Below are positions 1 to 9,900 of a stretch of 64,000 nucleotides of DNA, in pieces. The DNA is from Auanema rhodensis (Eukaryota > Animalia > Nematoda). The stretch is taken from positions 2,170,001-2,234,000 of the forward strand of contig OZ059900.1 of NCBI GenBank assembly GCA_964057225.1, read 5' to 3'. Position numbers and translations under genes: made by a program. Position 1 is the stretch's first letter. Each line of letters starts with the position of its first letter. The notes beneath the pieces are model-generated. The model ran no database searches, was not told the DNA's origin, and worked only from the letters and a program-made list of their open reading frames with translations.

Positions 1-348
1 TTAACACCATATACTCACCGATTTTTGGTACAAAATCTGTGATACTCGTAAATTTTGATCATATTCGTTAAGATTCGAAAATCAAACACACAATACACGA
101 AATAAGTTTATTTTTACAAGTTTGCACTGATATTTATTCATTTTGATCAAAAAAGGTCGAAAATAGAAAGAATTTTTGAAATTTCCGAGTTTTGAGTCTA
201 ATTTGGCTAAATCGCTCATATATATGATCAAAAGCATAGTTTTACTGTCTATGATAACAAAAGTCTTCAAATATACACTAATAATGATTAAATCACTGAA
301 TTTCACTCAAATAGCATTACTACACTAAGTATGGTCGTTTTTATGCCT
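1..348 (+). repeat. Representative 348-bp monomer (long right-arm haplotype)
   Basis: The next copy begins at 349. 97 G+C in 348 bp. TGATCA occurs at 56, 144 and 225. The right arm reads CTTCAAATATACACTAATAATGATTAAATCACTG. Confidence 0.98.
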
Positions 349-696
349 TTAACACCATATACTCACCGATTTTTGGTACAAAATCTGTAATACTCGTAAA
401 TTTTGATCATATTCGGTGAGATTCGAGAATCAAACACACAATACACGAAATAAGTTTATTTTGACGAGTTTGCACTGATATTTATTCATTTTGATCAAAA
501 AAGGTCGAAAATAGAAAGAATTTTTGAATTTTCCGAGTTTTGAGTCCAATTGGGCTAAATCGCTCATATATATGATCAAAAGCATAGTTTTACTGTCTAT
601 GATAACAAAAGTCTTCAAATATACACTAATGATGTGTAAATCACTGAATTTCACTCAAATAGCTTTACTACACTAAGTATGGTCGTTTTTATGCCT

Positions 697-1043
697 TTAA
701 CACCATATACTCACCGATTTTTGGTACAAAATCTGTAATACTCGTAAATTTTGATCATATTCGTTAAGATTTGAGAATCAAACATACAATACACAAAATC
801 AGTCTATTTTTATGAGCTTGCACTGATATATATTCATTTTGATCAAAAAAGGTCGAAAATAGAAAGAATTTTTGAAATTTCCGAGTTTTGAGTCTAATTT
901 GGCTAAATCGCTCATATATATGATCAGAAGCATAGTTTTATTGTCTATGACAACAAAAATCATCAATTAAACGCTAGTGATGTTTAAATACTGATTTTCG
1001 CTCAAATAGCATTACTACACTAAGTATGGTCGTTTTTATGCCT
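697..1043 (+). repeat. Representative 347-bp monomer (short right-arm haplotype)
   Basis: The right arm reads CATCAATTAAACGCTAGTGATGTTTAAAT-ACTG, one base shorter. The next monomer starts at 1044. Confidence 0.97.
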
Positions 1044-1899
1044 TTAACACCATATACTCACCGATTTTTGGTACAAAATCTGTAATACTCGTAAAATTTG
1101 ATCATATTTGTTAAGATTTGAGAATCAAACACACAATACACAAAATCAGTCTATTTTTATGAGTTTACACTGATATATATTCATTTTCATCAAAAAAGGT
1201 CGAAAATAGAAAGAATTTTTGAAATTTCCGAGTTTTGAGTCTAATTTGGCTAAATCGCTCATATACATGATCAGAAGCATAGTTTTATTGTCTATGACAA
1301 CAAAAATCATCAATTAAACGCTAGTGATGTTTAAATATTGATTTTCGCTCAAATAGCATTACTACACTAAGTATGGTCGTTTTTATGCCTTTAACACCAT
1401 ATACTCACCGATTTTTGGTACAAAATCTGTAATACTCGTAAATTTTGATCATATTCGTTAAGATTTGAAAATCAAACACACAATAAACAAAATCAGTCTA
1501 TTTTTATGAGTTTGCACTGATATATATTCATTTTGATCAAAAAAGGTCGAAAATAGAAAGAATTTTTGAATTTTCCGAGTTTTGAGTCCAATTGGGCTAA
1601 ATCGCTCATATATATGATCAAAAGCATAGTTTTACTGTCTATGATAACAAAAGTCTTCAAATATACACTAATAATGATCAAATCACTGAATTTCACTCAA
1701 ATAGCATTACTACACTAAGTATGGTCGTTTTTATGCCTTTAACACCATATACTCACCGATTTTTGGTACAAAATCTGTGATACTCGTAAATTTTGATCAT
1801 ATTCGTTAAGATTTGAGAAGCAAACATACAATACACAAAATCAGTCTATTTTTATGAGCTTGCACTGATATATATTCATTTTGATCAAAAAAGGTCGAA

Positions 1900-3290
1900 A
1901 ATAGAATGAATTTTTGAAATTTCCGAGTTTTGAGTCTAATTTGGCTAAATCGCTCATATATATGATCAAAAGCATAGTTTTACTGTCTATGATAACAAAA
2001 GTCTTCAAATATACACTAATAATGATTAAATCACTGATTTTCAGTCAAATAGCATTACTACACTAAGTATGGTCGTTTTTATGCCTTTAACACCATATAC
2101 TCACCGATTTTTGGTACAAAATCTGTAATACTTGTAAATTTTGATCATATTTGTTAAGATTCGAGAATCAAACACATAATACACGAAATAAGTCTATTTT
2201 TACAAGTTTGCACTGATATTTATTCATTTTGATCAAAAAAGGTCGAAAATAGAAAAAATTTTTGAAATTTCCGAGTTTTGAGTCCAATTTGGCTAAATCG
2301 CTCATATATAAGATCAAAAGCATAGTTTTATTGTCTATAACAACAAAAGTCATCAATTAAACGCTAGTGATATTTAAATACTGATTTTCGCTCAAGTAGC
2401 ATTACTACACTAAGTATGGTCGTTTTCATGCCTTTAACACCATATACTCACCGATTTTTGGTACAAAATCTGTAATACTTGTAAATTTTGATCATATTCG
2501 TTAAGATTTGAGAATCGAACATACAATACACAAAATCGGTCTATTTTTATGAGCTTGCACTGATATATATTCATTTTGATCAAAAAAGGTCGAAAATAGA
2601 ATGAATTTTTGAAATTTCCGAGTTTTGAGTCTAATTTGGCTAAATCGCTCATATATATGATCAAAAGCATAGTTTTACTGTCTATGATAACAAAAGTCTT
2701 CAAATATACACTAATAATGATTAAATCACTGATTTTCAGTCAAATAGCATTACTACACTAAGTATGGTCGTTTTTATGCCTTTAACACCATATACTCACC
2801 GATTTTTGGTACAAAATCTGTAATACTTGTAAATTTTGATCATATTTGTTAAGATTCGAGAATCAAACACATAATACACGAAATAAGTCTATTTTTACAA
2901 GTTTGCACTGATATTTATTCATTTTGATCAAAAAAGGTCGAAAATAGAAAAAATTTTTGAAATTTCCGAGTTTTGAGTCCAATTTGGCTAAATCGCTCAT
3001 ATATAAGATCAAAAGCATAGTTTTATTGTCTATAACAACAAAAGTCATCAATTAAACGCTAGTGATATTTAAATACTGATTTTCGCTCAAGTAGCATTAC
3101 TACACTAAGTATGGTCGTTTTCATGCCTTTAACACCATATACTCACCGATTTTTGGTACAAAATCTGTAATACTTGTAAATTTTGATCATATTCGTTAAG
3201 ATTTGAGAATCGAACATACAATACACAAAATCGGTCTATTTTTATGAGCTTGCACTGATATATATTCATTTTGATCAAAAAAGGTCGAAA
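1900..3290 (+). repeat. 2-monomer (695-bp) tandem duplication; boundaries approximate
   Basis: Identical ORF variants at 2168 and 2863 (offset 695). The private variant AATCGGTCT is seen only in the monomers starting at 2434 and 3129. Confidence 0.85.
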
Positions 3291-6200
3291 ATAGAAAGAA
3301 TTTTTGAAATTTTCGAGTTTTGAGTCTAATTTGGCTAAATCGCTCATATATATGATCAGAAGCATAGTTTTAATGTCTATGACAACAAAAATCATCAATT
3401 AAACGCTAGTGATGTTTAAATACTGATTTTCGCTCAAATAGCATTACTACACTAAGTATGGTCGTTTTTATGCTTTTAACACCATATACTCACCGATTTT
3501 TGGTACAAAATCTGTAATACTCGTAAAATTTGATCATATTTGTTAAGATTTGAGAATCAAACACACAATACACAAAATCAGTCTATTTTTATGAGTTTAC
3601 ACTGATATATATTCATTTTCATCAAAAAAGGTCGAAAATAGAAAGAATTTTTGAATTTTCCGAGTTTTGAGTCGAATTGGGCTAAATCGCTCATATATAT
3701 GATCAAAAGCATAGTTTTACTGTCTATGATAACAAAAGTCTTCAAATATACACTAATAATGATTAAATCACTGAATTTCACTCAAATAGCATTACTACAC
3801 TAAGTATGGTCGTTTTTATGCCTTTAACACCATATACTCACCGATTTTTGGTACAAAATCTGTAATACTTGTAAATTTTGATCATATTTGTTAAGATTCG
3901 AGAATCAAACACATAATACACAAAATAAGTCTATTTTTACAAGTTTGCACTGATATTTATTCATTTTGATCAAAAAAGGTCGAAAATAGAAAGAATTTTT
4001 GAAATTTCCGAGTTTTGAGTCCAATTTGGCTAAATCGCTCATATATATGATCAAAAGCATAGTTTTATTGTCTATAACAACAAAAGTCATCAATTAAACG
4101 CTAGTGATGTTTAAATACTGAATTTCGCTCAAATAGCATTACTACACTAAGTATGGTCGTTTTTATGCCTTTAACACCATATACTCACCGATTTTTGGTA
4201 CAAAATCTGTAATACTCGTAAATTTTGATCATATTCGTTAAGATTTGAGAATCAAACATACAATACACAAAATCAGTCTATTTTTATGAGCTTGCACTGA
4301 TATATATTCATTTTGATCAAAAAAGGTCGAAAATAGAAAGAATTTTTGAAATTTCCGAGTTTTGAGTCTAATTTGGCTAAATCGCTCATAGATATGATCA
4401 AAAGCATAGTTTTATTGTCTATGACAACAAAAGTCATCAATTAAATGCTAGTGATGTTTAAATACTGAATTTCGCTCAAATAGCATTACTACACTAAGTA
4501 TGGTCGTTTTTATGCCTTTAACACCATATACTCACCGATTTTTGGTACAAAATCTGTAATACTCGTAAATTTTGATCATATTCGGTGAGATTCGAGAATC
4601 AAACACACAATACACGAAATAAGTTTATTTTTACGAGTTTGCACTGATATTTATTCATTTTGATCAAAAAAGGTCGAAAATAGAAAGAATTTTTGAAATT
4701 TCCGAGTTTTGAGTCTAATTTGGCTAAATCGCTCATATATATGATCAAAAGCATAGTTTTACTGTCTATGATAACAAAAGTCTTCAAATATACACTAATA
4801 ATGATTAAATCACTGATTTTCAGTCAAATAGCATTACTACACTAAGTATGGTCGTTTTTATGCCTTTAACACCATATACTCACCGATTTTTGGTACAAAA
4901 TCTGTAATACTTGTAAATTTTGATCATATTTGTTAAGATTCGAGAATCAAACACATAATACACGAAATAAGTCTATTTTTACAAGTTTGCACTGATATTT
5001 ATTCATTTTGATCAAAAAAGGTCGAAAATAGAAAAAATTTTTGAAATTTCCGAGTTTTGAGTCCAATTTGGCTAAATCGCTCATATATATGATCAAAAGC
5101 ATAGTTTTACTGTCTATGATAACAAAAGTCTTCAAATATACACTAATAATGATCAAATCACTGAATTTCACTCAAATAGCATTACTACACTAAGTATGGT
5201 CGTTTTTATGCCTTTAACACCATATACTCACCGATTTTTGGTACAAAATCTGTGATACTCGTAAATTTTGATCATATTCGTTAAGATTTGAGAATCAAAC
5301 ATACAATACACAAAATCAGTCTATTTTTATGAGCTTGCACTGATATATATTCATTTTGATCAAAAAAGGTCGAAAATAGAATGAATTTTTGAAATTTCCG
5401 AGTTTTGAGTCTAATTTGGCTAAATCGCTCATATATTTGATCAAAAGCATAGTTTTACTGTCTATGATAACAAAAGTCTTCAAATATACACTAATAATGA
5501 TTAAATTACTGATTTTCAGTCAAATAGCATTACTACACTAAGTATGGTCGTTTTTATGCCTTTAACACCATATACTCACCGATTTTTGGTACAAAATCTG
5601 TAATACTTGTAAATTTTGATCATATTTGTTAAGATTCGAGAATCAAACACATAATACACAAAATAAGTCTATTTTTACAAGTTTGCACTGATATTTATTC
5701 ATTTTGATCAAAAAAGGTCGAAAATAGAAAAAATTTTTGAAATTTCCGAGTTTTGAGTCCAATTTGGCTAAATCGCTCATATATAAGATCAAAAGCATAG
5801 TTTTATTGTCTATAACAACAAAAGTCATCAATTAAACGCTAGTGATATTTAAATACTGATTTTCGCTCAAGTAGCATTACTACACTAAGTATGGTCGTTT
5901 TCATGCCTTTAACACCATATACTCACCGATTTTTGGTACAAAATCTGTAATACTTGTAAATTTTGATCATATTCGTTAAGATTTGAGAATCGAACATACA
6001 ATACACAAAATCAGTCTATTTTTATGAGCTTGCACTGATATATATTCATTTTGATCAAAAAAGGTCGAAAATAGAAAGAATTTTTGAAATTTCCGAGTTT
6101 TGAGTCTAATTTGGCTAAATCGCTCATATATATGATCAGAAGCATAGTTTTAATGTCTATGACAACAAAAATCATCAATTAAACGCTAGTGATGTTTAAA

Positions 6201-6950
6201 TACTGATTTTCGCTCAAATAGCATTACTACACTAAGTATGGTCGTTTTTATGCTTTTAACACCATATACTCACCGATTTTTGGTACAAAATCTGTAATAC
6301 TCGTAAAATTTGATCATATTTGTTAAGATTTGAGAATCAAACACACAATACACAAAATCAGTCTATTTTTATGAGTTTACACTGATATATATTCATTTTC
6401 ATCAAAAAAGGTCGAAAATAGAAAGAATTTTTGAATTTTCCGAGTTTTGAGTCGAATTGGGCTAAATCGCTCATATATATGATCAAAAGCATAGTTTTAC
6501 TGTCTATGATAACAAAAGTCTTCAAATATACACTAATAATGATTAAATCACTGAATTTCACTCAAATAGCATTACTACACTAAGTATGGTCGTTTTTATG
6601 CCTTTAACACCATATACTCACCGATTTTTGGTACAAAATCTGTAATACTTGTAAATTTTGATCATATTTGTTAAGATTTGAGAATCAAACACATAATACA
6701 CAAAATAAGTCTATTTTTACAAGTTTGCACTGATATTTATTCATTTTGATCAAAAAAGGTCGAAAATAGAAAGAATTTTTGAAATTTCCGAGTTTTGAGT
6801 CCAATTTGGCTAAATCGCTCATATATATGATCAAAAGCATAGTTTTATTGTCTATAACAACAAAAGTCATCAATTAAACGCTAGTGATGTTTAAATACTG
6901 AATTTCGCTCAAATAGCATTACTACACTAAGTATGGTCGTTTTTATGCCT
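3129..6950 (+). repeat. 8-monomer higher-order repeat (2780-bp period), ~1.4 copies
   Basis: The private variant TGCTTTTAAC is at 3471 and 6251. Matching ORF variants at 3578/6358 and 3905/6685 share the 2780 offset. Confidence 0.85.
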
Positions 6951-9900
6951 TTAACACCATATACTCACCGATTTTTGGTACAAAATCTGTAATACTCGTA
7001 AATTTTGATCATATTCGGTGAGATTCGAGAATCGAACACACAATACACGAAATAAGTCTATTTTTACGAGTTTGCACTGATATTTATTCATTTTGATCAA
7101 AAAAGGTCGAAAATAGAAAGAATTTTTGAAATTTCCGAGTTTTGAGTCTAATTTGGCTAAATCGCTCATATATATGATCAAAAGCATAGTTTTACTGTCT
7201 ATGATAACAAAAATCTTCAAATATACACTAATAATGTGTAAATCACTGAATTTCACTCAAATAGCTTTACTACACTAAGTATGGTCGTTTTTATGCCTTT
7301 AACACCATATACTCACCGATTTTTGGTACAAAATCTGTAATACTCGTAAATTTTGATCATATTCGTTAAGATTCGAGAATCAAACACACAATACACGAAA
7401 TAAGTTTATTTTGACGAGTTTGCACTGGTATTTATTCATTTTGATCAAAAAAGGTCGAAAATAGAAAGAATTTTTGAATTTTCCGAGTTTTGAGTCCAAT
7501 TGGGCTAAATCGCTCATATATATGATCAAAAGCATAGTTTTACTGTCTATGATAACAAACGTCTTCAAATATACACTAATAATGTGTAAATCACTGAATT
7601 TCACTCAAATAGCTTTACTACACTAAGTATGGTCGTTTTTATGCCTTTAACACCATATACTCACCGATTTTTGGTACAAAATCTGTAATACTCGTAAATT
7701 TCGATCATATTCGTTAAGATTCGAGAATCAAACACACAATACACGAAATAAGTTTATTTTTACGAATTTGCACTGATATTTATTCATTTTGATCAAAAAA
7801 GGTCGAAAATAGAAAGAATTTTTTAATTTTCCGAGTTTTGAGTCCAATTGGGCTAAATCGCTCATATATATGATCAAAAGCATAGTTTCACTGTCTATGA
7901 TAACAAAAGTCTTCAAATATACACTAGTAATGATTAAATCACTGAATTTCACTCAAATAGCATTACTACACTAAGTATGGTCGTTTTTATGCCTTTAACA
8001 CCATATACTCACCGATTTTTGGTACAAAATCTGTAATACTTGTAAATTTTGATCATATTTGTTAAGATTCGAGAATCAAACACACAATACACGAAATAAG
8101 TTTATTTTTACGAATTTGCACTGATATTTATTCATTTTGATCAAAAAAGGTCGAAAATAGAAAGAATTTTTTAATTTTCCGAGTTTTGAGTCCAATTGGG
8201 CTAAATCGCTCATATATATGATCAAAAGCATAGTTTTATTGTCTATGACAACAAAAGTCATCAATTAAATGCTAGTGATGTTTAAATACTGAATTTCGCT
8301 CAAATAGCATTACTACACTAAGTATGGTCGTTTTTATGCCTTTAACACCATATACTCACCGATTTTTGGTACAAAATCTGTAATACTCGTAAATTTTGAT
8401 CATATTCGGTGAGATTCGAGAATCAAACACACAATACACGAAATAAGTTTATTTTTACGAGTTTGCACTGATATTTATTCATTTTGATCAAAAAAGGTCG
8501 AAAATAGAAAGAATTTTTGAAATTTCCGAGTTTTGAGTCTAATTTGGCTAAATCGCTCATATATATGATCAAAAGCATAGTTTTACTGTCTATGATAACA
8601 AAAGTCTTCAAATATACACTAATAATGATTAAATCACTGATTTTCAGTCAAATAGCATTACTACACTAAGTATGGTCGTTTTTATGCCTTTAACACCATA
8701 TACTCACCGATTTTTGGTACAAAATCTGTAATACTTGTAAATTTTGATCATATTTGTTAAGATTCGAGAATCAAACACATAATACACGAAATAAGTCTAT
8801 TTTTACAAGTTTGCACTGATATTTATTCATTTTGATCAAAAAAGGTCGAAAATAGAAAAAATTTTTGAAATTTCCGAGTTTTGAGTCCAATTGGGCTAAA
8901 TCGCTCATATATATGATCAAAAGCATAGTTTTACTGTCTATGATAACAAACGTCTTCAAATATACACTAATAATGTGTAAATCACTGAATTTCACTCAAA
9001 TAGCTTTACTACACTAAGTATGGTCGTTTTTATGCCTTTAACACCATATACTCACCGATTTTTGGTACAAAATCTGTAATACTCGTAAATTTCGAACATA
9101 TTCGTTAAGATTCGAGAATCAAACACACAATACACGAAATAAGTTTATTTTTACGAATTTGCACTGATATTTATTCATTTTGATCAAAAAAGGTCGAAAA
9201 TAGAAAGAATTTTTTAATTTTCCGAGTTTTGAGTCCAATTGGGCTAAATCGCTCATATATATGATCAAAAGCATAGTTTCACTGTCTATGATAACAAAAG
9301 TCTTCAAATATACACTAGTAATGATTAAATCACTGAATTTCACTCAAATAGCATTACTACACTAAGTATGGTCGTTTTTATGCCTTTAACACCATATACT
9401 CACCGATTTTTGGTACAAAATCTGTAATACTTGTAAATTTTGATCATATTTGTTAAGATTCGAGAATCAAACACATAATACACGAAATAAGTCTATTTTT
9501 ACAAGTTTGCACTGATATTTATTCATTTTGATCAAAAAAAGGTCGAAAATAGAAAAATTTTTTGAAATTTCCGAGTTTTGAGTCCAATTTGGCTAAATCG
9601 CTCATATATATGATCAAAAGCATAGTTTTATTGTCTATGACAACAAAAGTCATCAATTAAATGCTAGTGATGTTTAAATACTGAATTTCGCTCAAATAGC
9701 ATTACTACACTAAGTATGGTCGTTTTTATGCCTTTAACACCATATACTCACCGATTTTTGGTACAAAATCTGTAATACTTGTAAATTTTGATCATATTTG
9801 TTAAGATTTGAGAATCAAACACATAATACACAAAATAAGTCTATTTTTACAAGTTTGCACTGATATTTATTCATTTTGATCAAAAAAGGTCGAAAATAGA

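Noticed and set aside
63-80. CENP-B-box-like motif ATTCGTTAAGATTCGAGA
   Set aside because: Against NTTCGNNNNANNCGGGN it needs one extra spacer base and has CGAG instead of CGGG. Both CpGs are among the most variable sites in the array.
56-230. ~87-bp (quarter-monomer) subrepeat suggested by TGATCA at 56, 144 and 225
   Set aside because: Spacings are uneven (88, 81, then 179), there is no fourth site in register, and flanking similarity is weak. The ~169/179 dimer explains more anchors.
1-348. Tandem 5S rRNA, tRNA, snRNA or spliced-leader gene array
   Set aside because: About 28% GC, with no recognisable 5S, tRNA cloverleaf, A/B-box or snRNA sequence on either strand. An Infernal/Rfam scan would be the formal test.
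1-348. Assignment to a named satellite family by length (several plant and beetle satellites are ~340-360 bp)
   Set aside because: A length match alone is not evidence, and I do not recognise the sequence. A BLAST search is required.
328-363. MITE, piggyBac (TTAA) or Helitron terminus at the monomer junction
   Set aside because: The inverted repeat is only 6-8 bp, TTAA is common in AT-rich DNA, the monomer phase is arbitrary, and no target-site duplications or flanking unique insertions are available.
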